Source: Azolla caroliniana (taxonomy: Eukaryota; Plantae; Polypodiophyta). Taken from it: DNA of 64,000 nucleotides. Each line of letters opens with the position of its first letter. Within the stretch, counting starts at the first letter, position 1. Positions 1 through 15,075 of the stretch are shown in pieces. The notes beneath the pieces were generated by a model. That model saw only the letters and a list, made by a program, of their open reading frames with translations, ran no database searches and was not told the DNA's origin. The stretch spans positions 7,378,001 through 7,442,000 of the forward strand of contig JBHGNT010000003.1 of the NCBI GenBank assembly GCA_043228905.1, written 5' to 3'. The position numbers and the translations under genes were made by a program.

Positions 1-775
1 TGTTGGTTTATGTGTGAGAATTGGTGTTAATTCTCAACCATTATTCCCTAATAACATTGCAAGTAATTAAGATCATTCCATCCATTAAAATATTAATTGC
101 ATAAAGTTCTATGGATCTGATGACTTATGTACCCCATCAATCAGGTTAAAGGACAATTGACATGCTAATGGGCTTAGATCTAGTGTGTCAGCGAGCACAC
201 TCGGCTTCCATGGAAACCTTTCATTCTTATGTGCTGAATTCTTGTTGGAACCTTGCTGACTACTCATGGACATATATATATGTACTACAAATTCAAGTTT
301 TCCATCGATTTATTCTTGCACAAGTTGATCGATTTCCAAAGGCTCATGTATCCTACCAAATCTAGTCTTGTCCCAATGCCAACAATGGAAGAAGAACAAC
401 AACATAATTCGATACAAATCGAGGACAAGTAGAGGGATTCCATACCATGCATAGAAATTGGTCCCCTATGATAGTTTTGCCCAAGTGTTGGAATGATCCA
501 AAAATAAGGTGCGTTTAATACTATGGGACCATATGGCAAGGACTTGGACCACATAATTGCTTCAAGTTGCACCATAATAAGTGCTCCTTGAGAGGAGCAG
601 GCATTTTACTTGGAATTAAACGAAAACTCGTGATCATTTTTACGGGAAACAAAGAAAGAATCGAGGGCATTCTGCGGCAAAATAAACAAAAAAAACTTGA
701 GGGTATATATATCATTGCAAGGGATGGGGTAAAAACTTATTTTTCATTTGGATGGGATTGGAGAATTATATTGAC

Positions 776-1212
776 CTCGGGGAAGCACAGATGAGCACGA
801 GTTTAGAGAAGCGATGGGGATGCGAGAGGGCCGCGAGGCACCCGATCATAGCGGACATGGAATGGCCCACGAAGATGCAAGACGACACGACAAGTTCATC
901 CAACAAGCGCACAAGGATGTCCGCGAAACCATGGAACACATCAATGTCTTGATCTCCTCCATTGTAACCACAAGTAGGCCTATTGCCATTGGTAATGTTG
1001 TCATTATTGTCATCACATTGGAAGGAGGAGGAGGAGCCAGGCCAATCCCATAAGATTACCTTTAGAGAGCCTCCATTGAAGGTGAGGAGGGAAGGGAGTG
1101 TAGAGTCCCACAAGGATTGTGTGCAACCAAAGCCATGTGCAAGGGCCACAACTTGTGAGCCATTGCCCAACACCCTCACATTCATGGAAGAAGATAGATT
1201 ATTGGGAAACAT
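776..1212 (-). CDS. First coding exon of a KAI2/D14/DLK2-family (karrikin/strigolactone receptor-like) alpha/beta-hydrolase; exon 2 not found in window
   Basis: ATG at 1212. Motifs MNVRVLGNG, LAHGFG, QSLWD, CIFVGHSMSAMIG (nucleophile elbow) and FSKLVLICASPR. The reading ends at AG|GT (donor 775-774), the conserved ASPR^Y intron position. GHSMS and the DW motif resemble DLK2/DDK more than canonical KAI2. Confidence 0.93.
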
Positions 1213-4200
1213 CAAGATATGGGCAAACCAAGAGGAATTGATTTGGGAGGGGGAGGGGGGCTAAAAGTAGTGTGTATTCCCTTGTTGTTACTCTACTACT
1301 CGGAGTTGGGAGAGAGAGAAGTGAGAGAGCTATGTATGAAGTCCTACAATGTTGGGAAGGAGGAGATCTATTGGGCTTTCTTTATAGACACACCAAAACC
1401 ACTCTTTTTAACTTTGGAAGGTGGTTTCCAAGGCTTAGGCCTAACACCCACACCTCCTAGTGGTTTCACATTGTGTGTATGTGAGTGAGAGAGACAAAGA
1501 CATAGATCAAAGATATCAAAGAGACAATTATACAGGGATCGATTTTAAATTGGTCATTCCACTTCATGGTTGTATATTTGGGAATCGTTAATGTCCACTA
1601 GTCTACGGTTGCGAAATTCATAGCTAATGGAACGAGATTGGAATATTAGGAGAATTCTATATCCAAAACAATTTGTCTAAGAGCCACTTCAAAAGTTACC
1701 AATATGCGCCAACGATTTGGTGTATAAGAATATGGCTCTACATGTTACAATTTTTTATACTCTTGTTTTTCTAACTGAATCTTACTATTATTAGCTACCT
1801 TTACTATATGAAAATGCTTTGTAATTGATATGTTGGGGATCTTATCTGTTTCTTTTTTCATCGTTATGTAATGTCGAAAGATTTTGTTTCTTTTAAGTGT
1901 TGCACTTTTCTTTATAACTGTGAGAAGAAAGGCATATTTTTTTATCCTTGCCTACAAAAGGGCAACATCAATTTTATATTCTAGGATTGTTAGGGAGAAT
2001 AATTATTCTTTCTTTATAATCACCCTTCTAATAATACATGGTTCCTAAAGCACTCAATGCAAAAGTAGGCTTGACCATTTATCACATGGTCTATATGTTA
2101 ACATAAAGAAAAAAAATTCACCACTAGGAAATTATTATGATATAGATTTGTGTTTATGAAATGATAATCACGACATTATTATTCCAGAAAGGTATGTTAC
2201 ATGTGGTTCCAAGAAGAATAGTTCTATTATCCACTTATATTGTTACAGGAATGCCTGATCACTTATTATCAATCCATTTGAAGGGGTTTCATGGTTGCAT
2301 AGATTGTTATGTTGTACATGGTTTGATGAGATCTTATCATCAAAGATACCAATTGGAGGGGATTACAATTTATTGAACCATTTGGCACTAGAAGTTATGT
2401 GGTCATTTCCTAGTGAGCAAGGGATGGGGTGTTGTAGATCGGAAGGTATGTGATGTTGTAGAATCAGACAACATTGAGCTATAGGGGTATCAAAACATAA
2501 AGGAGACTTATTTCACCAAATCTTACCATACTTGAAAGTGGTTACCAAGAGAAATGGCAAACATTTCTTGTGATGATGCATAAGGTGGTTTGGTGGATTC
2601 TTAATAATATTTACCTCTACCAACCTTAAGCTTGGCCATAGTATTCGGTAAATTTTCTGTCCGCTACCTCAATTGCTCAATGACAAGACTAATCTTTTAG
2701 CATTTCATATTGTCCTTCATCTTTTTCATGAAAATGGCCCTAAAAGGTGTAACTCGCTTTGTACCTATAGCCAAGTTAATTTGAAAAAGGTAAAATGATG
2801 AGAAGTCTTCACCTCCTTCATGTACTTGCCACCAAATTGATTTGTTAGATAACAATGATTGATGCTTTAGGTAGCTCTCAATATATTGAAGAAACCAATA
2901 ATGAATGTAGTTCCAAAACATACTTTTCTCCTTTGCGCATTTAGATTCCTAGCCATGTGAATGTGGCTATGTCATCAATATGACATCACAATTGCATTTC
3001 CTTCTCATTTGTGTAGAGCTCGTTGTGTGATGCTTTTTTTCTTCATATCATGTAAGCAATCACTTTTTAAGATGACCATTTTCTTAATGAAAAGTGCATG
3101 GCTTGTGTTCATTGTTGGCAATTCGTGATTAGATTTTATGAACTTACATTCTAGATCAATGAAAGAAACGTTAGTTATAATTTTCACATGCTTACGGAAT
3201 GGAGGAAAAGGAGAGAGAATCAATATTGTTTTTGGAGGTTACAACTAATACTCCATGGTTTCAATTGTCATTCATGGTTGGAGGCCTTTCTATGGGTTCC
3301 TAAATTCAAGACATAAAAGGCATATCAAATTTCAACTGATAGATAAAATATACTACATTCCTTTGGTTATTGAGGCATAAACAAAGTTATGCATGTCTTT
3401 ATGAATATTTTGCCAAGTTTAGTTGTAAAATAAGTCACTTAGAACCACATAAATATATAAACATTCAAGTTTCAACTACACACATTAAGAAAACATTATT
3501 TGAAGCCAAAAAAAAGTTATACTACATGTGTGCTTGAACATTGTGTAGGGCCTCTAGTGTCTATAATCAATGTGTAACCATGCATGTGAGAGATGTGTAT
3601 ACTTGTCTAATTTGCCTAGGATGTTGAATATAAGGTTGTCTCAACCTACAACATGACGAGTGTTCTCACTAATACACTCAATTGTTGCTATAGTTATGGG
3701 AGTCACGTGGGAACCAATAAATTAAAACATTTTCCAAATGACTACTAAATTATAGCAGTCACATGATCAACTTCAGGAATACTCGTAACACAAGACATAC
3801 TTTTGGGAATAATAGATTAAAAGATGTTTTCTTTTCTTTCTTGTGTGGATCAACCACACGACAAAATCATATATCAGTTGTTTTGATGTCAAAATAGGAA
3901 GATGAAAGTTAGGGATTTTGTTTCAAGCATGCCCAAAAGGGCAACAGCTTTCCATAGTGGACAATGTGAATTTCTCTAGTGAAAATTTGCATCTTCTACT
4001 ATTGTGCATGTATGAACATTGGAGATGCCTTTTCAAACATTCACTGGCCTTTGAAAATCCTTTGGCACAAAGAGAACCCGCATATTTAATTCCAAAAGTT
4101 AGTATATTTTGCTACCAATAATCATATGGCCAAGATCTTCCTTTTCATCAAGACCTAGTGTTTTATGTTAAACAAATGTTATAACTTTTTGAATTGAAGT

Positions 4201-7200
4201 TCATTTAATAGCCTTTGAAATAAATATCAAAAGCTACATTGAACGACACACAAGCGTACAAACATTGATAGAAATCTACCATCTGCCGTTGCTTTGTATT
4301 TGGACTCTATGCCACAATCAATATAATCTGCCACATGTTTAACAAAACACATAATGATAAGCATTTGCCAATTTGTATTGGAATGGTAAGGATGCTTGTC
4401 AATAACTAAGAATGCTAGTTATCTCCGAATGCATGTAGATATTTTATAAATGAGACCTTTGGGAACACATTAAAGTTTTAAATTCAGAAACTTTCTCCTG
4501 TGTGAGAATAATGATTTTTACCATTGTCCATTCCTTCCCCTTAACCTAAGCCAATTATGTTTGCTATGACGTTTCCTATTTTTCACACACCCTTCATGCA
4601 TGAACATGCAACCATTAGCTCTACAACATTAAATATTATAAGGCATGCAATGAAAACATTTCAACTTGTCTTCACACAAAAAAATACATCTAGTGATGCT
4701 TCTCGTATACAGACAAAGAATACCAAAACTTCAAGGGTATAAAGTTGTTTCTTATGAAGATTAAACATGATAACATTTGTTCTTTTGAAAACCTAGTTGC
4801 ATCAATATTATTTGACATTAAATAAATTTTAATGAAGGTGTACAAAGCAATATGATGTAACTATTGTGGTCCATATGGAGATAGTAGCAATTGCTAAATC
4901 ACAATGTGAAAGCATTGGTTTCTATGTCAACAAGAATAGAACCAATTATTGGTTAATAGTCAATGTTCTCAAAATGATATATCTATGCTCAAGATGAATG
5001 ACATAAAGCCAAAGGTTACACAATGAAATAACTTAATTATATGCATATCAGGTTTAGCCTTATCTTGCTTTATGCTAATAATAACCTAATTATATGCAGA
5101 TCATGTTATTAAAGTTTATATGTTAAACTCTCATTAATTAATCATTAATAGTGAAAATAACCATCAAAACTATTAAGAATCTTGGGACCTTTGTTTAGTA
5201 AAATATAAATAGTTGACTTACCAACATGCAATATGGAAGCTTTTCATGCAATTAAATGTTCAATTAAGGACAAACTAATACCGACTATGTGAAGGATAGC
5301 ACATGATGATATGACATCATTGGAGTAGGAAGGTGACAGTGTGCAAGTTGTCGTTGGTCGATGTAAAGATGTTGTGTGTGCAAAGTATTGCCCATTGATT
5401 CACTAACCATTGTTGAGTATGGAAATACAATGTATCCTAATGAAGGTACAAGAAAGTACATATAGTTGAGTATTAGTAGCATCTAAAGATAACCAAGTGA
5501 GTGTCTACATTGCTAATGAATACAAAAAGGAAATAATAAAATCAATTACAAAACAATCATATATGAGATCAATAAAAACATACACTAAATGAATGCATAT
5601 AGGATCATGTATAAACCTTTAAAGCTTGATGTATACCCTCCTCATCTTACCTTTGTACAAACTCGATTAATTTTTTTTTTCTTATCTAGCATTTCCAAGA
5701 TGACCGATACATAATGGCACTAAGATTAGTAAAGCATAATATCTAATACAAAATTGTAAAACATTGAGATGAAGAACGCCAAATAAAGGGAAAATCAATA
5801 TCAACATTTAAGACTTTCCAAATCTATCTAAAGCAACTGAATCAATGAGGTACACAATGCTGAAGTCTTTTTTATGTTTCCAAAGCACACTGACAAATCT
5901 CCACAATTTTGGAAACCTCAGGTGGGTCACGTAATGTGATAACCTTCCATTGCATTTTGGATAGATATGATTCTTTAAGAGATGTGTGCTTTGTCATATC
6001 CTTAATGAGTCCACTTAAAGGGAGGGTTAGAATACATAATTATAGGGGAAAAATTAGGAATGTTTAAAGACTTGAGGACATTGAAATGCTTTCCAATGTG
6101 ACTAAACCATATCCAATATTCACTAAGCTACGCTCATCCATAGCAATATCAAACATAATATTAAAGAAGATTTTTTTCTGAGATATATGAGAACTTGTAA
6201 TATATATGCAATAACGAAGGTTAATAACAGTATGAATTTGTGCTCCCTCAAAATCACAACAATCTAAAAACTTTATCATCACTAGCTATCCTTATCAATC
6301 AAGAAGCCTAGTTTGGAACATTTTCACAAAGCCTCTTTTCCTTTATGCTGAGAAGATAGTGAGGTTCTTGCTATTGTTAGCAAGTAGATGTTAGTATAAA
6401 ATTACATAAACTTTTCTTATTGAACAAATTTGGATGGGTATATTATGATGTAATATTGATTCTTCACTTTTTGACCCCCTAGTATATAATCTATATTTCT
6501 AACTCAAATTTTAATGGGCCACAACTTCTCAACTTAATCAAGAATCACAAAGTGTGGAAGCGTATAAGGACTTCTATGTTGACACTATACATACATCACA
6601 TAGAATATACACCACAAATTTCGAAAGCTAATTGAGTGAAGTATATATCTCAATATTTTGCTTATTCTTTGAAGTTACAAAGCCTCAAATTTTTAAGTCA
6701 AATAATGGGGTGGATAAAATCCCTTGACATGTGGAGGCTCTAGGTGGGTTGTCGGAACTTGAATAACAATACTTTGATGATGTCTTAGAACCTTTTCAAA
6801 AAGTTTCCAATAATCGATGGTGACCATTTGCAAATGAACACTTTCAATGGTCATTCATAGGATATCTATTTGAAAATGTAATCAAATGGCAAGATGATAT
6901 AAGAATTCTATGAGGAATTATAAGCTTTGTTTATGCCATTGGTCTTAGTTTAAATATCAAAAAAAAGGAAAGAGTTCTCGAGAATTCGACAAAAGTAAAC
7001 GTCGATCTCACTTGGTTATTGACATAAAGGACTTAAGGACATTCTATCTTTTGTGACTCGACATCTCGAAAGTACTAACATAACTTTCTCAATTCTATAT
7101 TCATGAAAAAGACTTGCCAACCCCTAAGATTACTAACAAAAAGAAATATTGTTATAATATGGTGCTATGATGTAGTCATGAAAAAAGTTTGCCAACCCTA

Positions 7201-8713
7201 TAGTGCTAATATAAAAATAGATGAGGCAATACATATCAGGTGGTTGTATAACAAATAGAAATTACCAACCGACAACATTTATTGTTGTTATGGTACATTA
7301 AACTAGATGTTACAATGGGCATGGCTCTCAAAAGAAATTCATATATATAAATCGAAATTCCAAATCATGCTTAGCCTTATCATAATCGATAAATTCTAAG
7401 AGTTTTGTGAACTCGCATGCCTAAATACATCATCGAAGATTGGTACTAGCAGATATTTGGATTGGTTTCAAATAAGCTAAGTTTTAAGAATTGTACAACA
7501 TGGTTGGTGTGAAAGGAGTTAATAATTAACGAAGCAACAAAGAGAAATCTAACCACCATATATTGTAGAGTTAGACAGATGCAGAGGGAAAGCCATTTTT
7601 TCCAATAGAAAAGATGGTTTTTGGTATGTGGACAAACTCTTCATCTACATTTGCGCGCCAATGGATTATAATTTGCATTGAATTATTGTATTTTATCGAC
7701 ATCATCATTATTGAGTATTATTACATCATCCCTATCCAAAATTTATTCCACGTAAGTACCTATTATCCATTTGACTATTTGAACATTTCATCGATTTTCT
7801 AGGGGGAATGTGTTGGAAGGTTTTACCTTCGAATGAGCGATTATGGGAAAATAACACAAATCTATAGAAAATATATTAGAAAGTTGAAACGTTACTTATT
7901 TCTATTCTCAATTTCAAAACTCCAACAAGTGTTTTTACCAATAAGGGTGGTCTATGGTCCAAACTCTATATTAGCGCGTTTCATTTAGTATGTTCAACAT
8001 CTTACATATCAAGTACTAGGTTTAAACGTATTCTATGACCGTTGTCATTATCATTTGATGATGGGATCACTATATTAAAGGCAATTCCAACTATATTCTA
8101 ATAATGTTATATCCCATATCCCGCTTTATATTTAAATACATTTGATAGATTTCTAAGTACTTGGGTTTTAAGTGAAGTATTAACAAATAAAAGATTCTTC
8201 TAGGACGATCAACCAAGACACGAACCTCTTCACAAACTTCAATAACGGAACTTGAGATGCGCTAACCACCTCCTATTTAAAGACCAATCTTGTGAAGAAT
8301 CAAGATTAACTAAACATATAATGGTCAAGTGTATTCTAAGAATAATCTAGATTCTTCTAGCCCTCTAAGTTGTATTTGTATTCATGAATTTAGGAGCATG
8401 TTTTCCATTGTGACAAACGTTGTCGTGAAGTGCGTGTCAGACATGCGTGGACAAGCACTGAGCCTCTATCCGCAAGTGGTGACGAAAGAGCGAAAAGATG
8501 GCTCTAAAGGATTATTTTTTCCAAGATAGGTCTCAAGTTCGTGAACTTTGAGATGGATTAAATCATTACCACCAATAATCTAAAACAATCCTTGAATAAA
8601 ATTTTATTATTTATATATATATTAAACGATGAACGTATATATATTAAATGACTTAAATAAACATACTCAAATGGAAAGATTTGATTGTATTAGTTAACGT
8701 GAACTTACACCTC

Positions 8714-9240
8714 AGATTTCAACTTTCCTTTCGCAATTTTTTGAGCGACACTACTCTTTTATTCTCCTTGACACATAGGCATTTGTTTTATTTTTCTTTC
8801 TTCCGTTCTTTTCCCTCCCCCCTTTACATAATATTAGAACACCTTCACATAGGGTCTCACATGCATTCAAGGTTAGGAGCATGTCACCACTTAGCAGTCA
8901 TACTTTAGCTGGCATACAATAATCATATTGACTACATATTTAAGAACATGTTTTTTAACATATTATATATTTATATTAGATTTCAACCATCCTTTCGAGA
9001 ACGTTTGAGACATGTTGATGTTTTATTCTACCCGAGACATAGATATTGTTTTGTTTTTCTTTCTTCCCTTCTTTCTCCTTCCCTCTTCACATAACACAGG
9101 AACACCTTTATATAGGGTCTCACATGGATTAAGGCCTAAGAGCATTTCGTCACTTAGCTTTATGGTTTAGTTGACATATAATAATCGTATTAACTCCATA
9201 TTTAAGAATACACTTTTCACATATAAAATATTTATATTAG
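8714..9240. repeat. Diverged tandem duplication, 2 x ~265 bp
   Basis: Both units run atttcaac..cctttcg ... gaacacctt..atagggtctcacatg ... catatttaagaa ... tatttatattag (8714-8979, 8980-9240). Confidence 0.85.
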
Positions 9241-10124
9241 AAATAGTTACATTCCTTTAGAGAGGAAGTGTATCGCGTTCGAATCATGCTCTTTGTGTTT
9301 ATTTTAAAATAGATAACTACTCGCTTTGGAGGTGGTTTCCTATCATGTGCCATGGGCAACATGGCAATGTTTATAAATTATAATCATGCCTAGTCCACTC
9401 ACTTTGCTTCATTTTCTATACATAGTAACTGTTTGACAAAAGCTTCATTTTCTAGATACACTAACTATTTGAGGAAACTATGATGATTATAACTACACAT
9501 TCTAGAAGTTCAAGATGACCGCTTTATTGAACTCCTATGAATAACTTGACATTTTGTTAAGTCTTTTCTTAAAGACGAAACGTGAAAGGCATAAATTGAT
9601 GGAGAAGCAACTAGATTGTCTATTGATAAGGAGGAATTTTTCTTGTACAACTATTTAAGAGAATGCACTATCAAAAGAAATTCCACGGCAACTAATGCCC
9701 ACACATACTCCTCAAGAATGGAGTCATGGAACATCTAAATTAGACTAGTATTACAATGTTGAGATGTGTGCTTAGAGAAATGGAGTTGCAAAATTTCTTT
9801 TAAAAAAGGTTGTAGGTGCTACCATCTACATACTCAATAAGGTTCAAAATAGTTTTGGAGAGGACGGCGTTGTTGTAACCTTATTCAAGGAAGAAACCTT
9901 CCTTGAATAAGCTTACAACAACTTCCTTGGATAAGCTTACAACAAAGTCATCCACTAGGTACGTATGCCGAGAGTAAGATGCCTCTTTGTTAGATATAAG
10001 CCAATGTTTGGAGCCTATATTGGTGTTATTATCTATCATGCATGTCACATCCCAGGATCCCTTATGACATTTGGCACATATGATAGGTACATATGCCAAG
10101 AGTAAGATGCATTTCGTTAGATAT

Positions 10125-10419
10125 TGTTGAGAATCGAACTCAACTTCTCATAGATAGGTTTCACACTAGCTTATGGACACTCCAAGCTAGTTTTGTAAAT
10201 AGTAGAAAGGGCGATTGCCCTAGCTTAGTTGGTATATAAACCAACTCATTGTAACTTAGTCATTGTTGGATGTATTTTCGTTTTGATAATATTATATACA
10301 CTTTTGTCTATCTCTGTCACTTGAGCTCTCTCTCTCTCTCTCTCTGTGATGTTGCACACACACACATACATTCACCTTCCGCTGCATTGCAACCACTCTT
10401 GCCTTCCGTTTTCTTAACA
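10125..10419 (+). repeat. Copia-1 5' LTR
   Basis: tgttgagaatcg...ttcttaaca. About 8 substitutions plus a microsatellite length difference versus the 3' LTR (counted by eye). Confidence 0.95.
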
Positions 10420-10431
10420 TGGTATCAGAGC
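10420..10431 (+). promoter_or_regulatory. Primer-binding site (tRNA-iMet) of Copia-1
   Basis: TGGTATCAGAGC immediately after the LTR. Confidence 0.95.
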
Positions 10432-10521
10432 GTGTGGTTGCCTGATCAAGCATTTTTCGACTGTGTTGTGTTGTGTGCCGACGATCAACAAAACCGGCCC
10501 ATCGACAGAGAAGAAATCACC

Positions 10522-13500
10522 ATGAATACTCAAATGGGAAGCGCTCTTCCTACCGAGAAGCTCGACAGAACAAACTTTGCATCTTGGGAATACAAGATGC
10601 ATCAATATCTTGTCGGACAAGGTTACTGGAGCTACATCGAAGGAGCTCACGAATCACACCCCAACCCAACACACACCGACTATCCCGCTTGGGAGCAGGC
10701 CACAGGCCGTGTGCTGTATTGCCTTACATCATGCGTTCATGATCACATGCTTGGCTACATTCGAGAGGCAAAAATGCCGAAGCAGGTGTGGGAAAATCTG
10801 AAAAAAAAATTCGCAGCCAACACGGCCACACGCAAGCTACAGCTTCGTCTGGAGCTGAATAACATCCAACAGAGGGACATGTCAATCTCAACATATACCT
10901 TGAAGATCAAATTGGTGCAGATATGCCTCAAAGGCTTAGCACCGCGTATCAGCGCGATTAGATCGGCTATTCTCGCAAGGGAGAACCCTCCCTCCTTCTT
11001 CGACCTTCAGTCGATATTGCTGGTCGAAGAGAATCACGCCCGACAGAGGAGCAACGCACCAGATGGTCATATGCTCTACTCTTAGTCAGATGACAGAAGG
11101 AATTTCGGCCGAGGTCACAGAGGTCGCTTCGGACAAGGTCATAATGATTAGCAAAATCAAGAACGTAACTCTGACCAATGGCAAACGGACAGAAATGGTC
11201 CCAGAGAGTTCGGCGGAAGGGGGAGTCATAACGCTGGACCGAGCAATCACCAAAACCCAGTCGAATGCGGGTATTGCCGAAAACCCGACCACTACGAAGA
11301 GGAAAGAAATGTGAGGCAGGCCGACAACTGACAAATTACGCCACGAACTCCAACTACGACGACCGTGGCGGAATGTTCATAATGAAGCACGAAGCACACT
11401 CGATGTCTGCATTTGCAACAACCAGTGCCTCCACTCCTAATAGTGTATGGTTTGTCGATTCAGGAGCTTCCAATCACATGACTTCCCATGAAGATTGATT
11501 TCGGGAATTACGGAAGCCCGAATGTCCCGGATATGTCGAAACATGCGATGATATGACTCATCCAATATAGCATATCGGGAATGTCCCATTCGGAAACGAC
11601 GGCGAACAGACCTACCTCAAGAACGTACTGCATGTTCCCACCATCACGAAAAATCTGGTCTCGGTCGGCCAAATTGTAGAACAAGGAATGCAGGTATGCT
11701 TCAACAACGATGGGTGCTTCATTGAAAAAGGTGATCAAATCGTAGCTCACGATAGACGAGAAGGTCATATGTTCATCCTAGAGTCAAGTGAAGTAAAGTC
11801 GGCTATGTACGCAAAGGGCGAGAAAGTCAAAACCGACTTAAAATTGTGGCCACATCAATCTCCAGAAGCTTTAGAACATTTAGACAAAAGGAATCGTAAT
11901 CGGACTCCCAAACTTTACGGCAAAGGAGATCACGGGCGTCTGCGAAGCATACCAATTTGGAAAGCAACGCCGTCATCCATTCCCAAAAGAGCGGAATGTA
12001 AGCAAAGGGATCCTGGATGTCATACAGATGTGTGGGGACCAACCCAAACAACTACTTTCGGCGGATGCCGTTACTATGTCACGTTCATTGAAGATTTCTC
12101 CAGAAATACCTGGATTTATTCAACGAAGCAAAAGAGTGAAGTGTTCGGCAACTTCTAGAAGTTCAAAGCCGAAGTGGAAAAAGCCACGGGCCGGCATGTA
12201 CACTGCTTTCGATCAGATGAAGGCAAAGAATATTTTTCGGATGAGTTCTCAGCGTATCTCCGCAAGGAAGGAATCCGACGAGAGTTCTTGTGTCGACATA
12301 CACCTCAGCAAAACGGCGTAGCTGAGCGTAAAAACCGCCACATAGTAGAAGTTGCACGAGCCATGATGAATGAGAAGAACCTGCCGAAATCGTACTGGGC
12401 AGAAGCAACAAATATGGCCGCATACCTCATGAACAGGTCCACAACCTTAGGAGTACACAACATAACTCCACATGAGAAGTTTTTCGGGAAGAAGCCGAAC
12501 TTATCGCATGTCCGCATTTTCGGCTCTATCGCCTACGTACATATTCCCGACGATATGCGGCAAAAGCTTGACCCAAAGTCAGAGAAATGTATCCTCATAG
12601 GATACTCACTCGAAAAGAAGGGGTACAAATGCTACAACCCATCTACCCGTAAGGTTTGACCCAGTCGAGACGTAGTCTTCGACGAATACACATCCTGGTA
12701 CGCACCAGAGAACACTGCGACTCCTACCCCACTCAACGCGGATGACACCGGAATAAGAATAGAATCCGAAGATCATCTCACGCATTTGCATGAAGAAAGT
12801 CCAATTTCGACATGGCTAAGTGGACCACAAGAACTCCCAAGTGATCAAAGCACATCTCGGCCAAGTCCACTACTAGATAAAGGCAAGGCGAAAATGTAGG
12901 AGTATGAAGATAATTTCGATCTCGACAGTGAGTTCGATGGCCTTGACATCCACACGGACGGCGTGAAGAATCCCCTAGAATCCGCAAATGACAAGCCATG
13001 CCGATTCATGCACGAGAAGAACGGACCCCATAAACCACTACGGCTACGACGAGTACATGGCGTATCATTACGCATTCATGATGAAGGTAGCGTTAGTACG
13101 GGAACCGGAAATACTTTCCGAAGCCGCAAAGGATTCACGATGGGTCAACGCAATGAATGAGGAGATGGAAGCGTTATGCAAAAATGAGACTTGGGATCTC
13201 GTTCCTCACCCCCTGAACAAGAAACCAATTGGTTGCAGGTGGGTTTACAAGGTGAAGCACAATGCCGATGGCTCTGTAAATCGCTTCAAAGCATGGCTCG
13301 TTGCAAAAGGCTACACACAGACACACGACGTAGACTACGAAGAAACCTTTGCACTGGTGGCAAAGATGACGACAATACGAACTGTAATCGCGCTAGCAGC
13401 CGCAAAAAGGTGGCACCTCCATCAGATGGACGTGAAAAATGCTTTCCTCCAAGGAGATCTAGAAGAAGAGGTGTATATGACACAACCACCTAGATTCAAA

Positions 13501-14679
13501 TTGCGTAATCATCCGCACGCCGTATGCCGACTCAAGAAGCCACTCTACGGCCTCAAACAAGCACTGCGTGCTTGGCATTCGAAGATCACGCAGTATCTTC
13601 ACCAAGTCGGCTTTCGGATGTCAAAATCCGATACATCTCTGTACATCCGAAATGAGTCGGATAGCCCGATAGTCATCATTCTATATGTGGATGACTTAGT
13701 TATCGGAGGAAAGGATCTCGCCGAGATTAACAAAGTTAAATCATTTCTTTCCGGCAGATTCGAAATGAAGGACCTGCATGAACTTCATTACTTTCTAGGT
13801 ATTGAAGTAATTCAGACACCAGTCGGGATCATGATCACACAACGGCACTACATTCTCAACTTACTCTACAAGTTCGGAATGATAGAGTGCAAACCTGTGA
13901 CTACCCCTCTTGAACGTAATCTCAAGATCGATGCCAGTTCTGGCATGGCCGCGAGCGAGTCGACTCAGTATCGTCAACTGATCGGCAGTCTAATCTACCT
14001 AACCATTACGCGACCCGACCTCAGTTATTCTGTCGGCCTACTTAGCCAATTCATGCAGAACCCAAGAAACCTTCACCTCGACTGCGCTAAGAGGATACTA
14101 CGGTATGTCAGCACAACTGTGGATTATGGCATCTTGTATAAGTCGAATACGACCATTCGACTTGAAGGATACACAGACGCGGACTGGGCAGGATACAAAG
14201 CGGATAGACGATCCACATCCGGATTCGTCTTCTCCCTTGGCAGCGGAGCGATCTCCTGGAGCAACAAGAAATAGCCGACAGTCACACTATCGAGCACGGA
14301 AGCCGAATATAGGGGCGCGGCAGTCGCCGCATGCGAAGCTATATGGCTTAAGCGTATACTAAAAGATCTGGGCGTACCCATCAAAGATCCAATATGCCTG
14401 TACTGTGACAACATGAGCAGTATCTACCTTGCGCGTAACCTCGTATTTCATGCGCGGACTAAACATGTTGAAGTGCACTACCACTTCATCCGCGAGCGCA
14501 TCTAGGCCGGAGAGATTGACTTCCAACACATCAACACACACCTACAAATCGCTGATATCTTTACGAAGGCCTTAGGCATCGACAAGCTCGGGCAATTTAC
14601 ATCGAATCTTGGCCTCACGACGTCCACATTGCCGAGCTTGAGGGGGAGTACGCAACATACGCAGACACAACACGGATAG
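10522..14679 (+). pseudogene. Copia-1 gag-pol polyprotein with stops and frameshifts
   Basis: Gag KLDRTNFASWEYKM, protease WFVDSGASNHM, integrase DVWGP/RSDEGKEY/PQQNGVAERKNR, RT QMDVKNAFL/LYVDDL, RNase H GYTDADWAG. Confidence 0.95.
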
Positions 14680-14768
14680 GCTACACAATACGCAACATAG
14701 CCGACTAGACAAATCGAAGTACGAACCGAACGACTTTCTGACAGATGGAAGTTGTGTTCGAAGGGGCG

Positions 14769-14966
14769 TGTTGAGAATCGAACTCAACTTCTCATAGATA
14801 GGTTTCACATTAGCTCATGGACACTCCAAGATAGTTTTGTAAATAGTAGAAAGGGCGCTTGCCCTAGCTTAGTTGGTATATAAACCAACTCATTGTAACT
14901 TAGTCATTGTTGGATGTATTTTCGTTTTGATAATATTATATACACTTTTGTCTATCTCTGTCACTT

Positions 14967-15004
<38 letters not shown>

Positions 15005-15075
15005 ATGTTGCACACACACACATATGTTCACCTTCCGCTGCATTGCAACCACTCTTGCCTTCCCTTTTCTTAACA
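14769..15075 (+). repeat. Copia-1 3' LTR
   Basis: Direct repeat of 10125-10419, preceded by gaaggggcg. Confidence 0.95.

Larger units (their letters stand above)
10125..15075 (+). mobile_element. Full-length Ty1/Copia LTR retrotransposon (Copia-1), decayed
   Basis: LTRs 10125-10419 and 14769-15075 (TG...CA). TSD GATAT at 10120-10124 and 15076-15080. tRNA-iMet PBS. Order gag-PR-IN-RT-RH. Confidence 0.97.

Noticed and set aside
1-775. Exon 2 of the hydrolase, or the small ORFs 162-794 as genes
   Set aside because: No Y.N...Y.GGF or catalytic Asp/His motifs were found on the minus strand; treated as intron.
2697-2921. WWQVHE...LAI resembling a hAT dimerisation domain
   Set aside because: The match is too short and lacks the SERxFS motif, so it cannot be supported by eye.
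9255-9292. B-box-like gttcgaatc suggesting a tRNA or SINE
   Set aside because: No A box, cloverleaf or tail was recognised.
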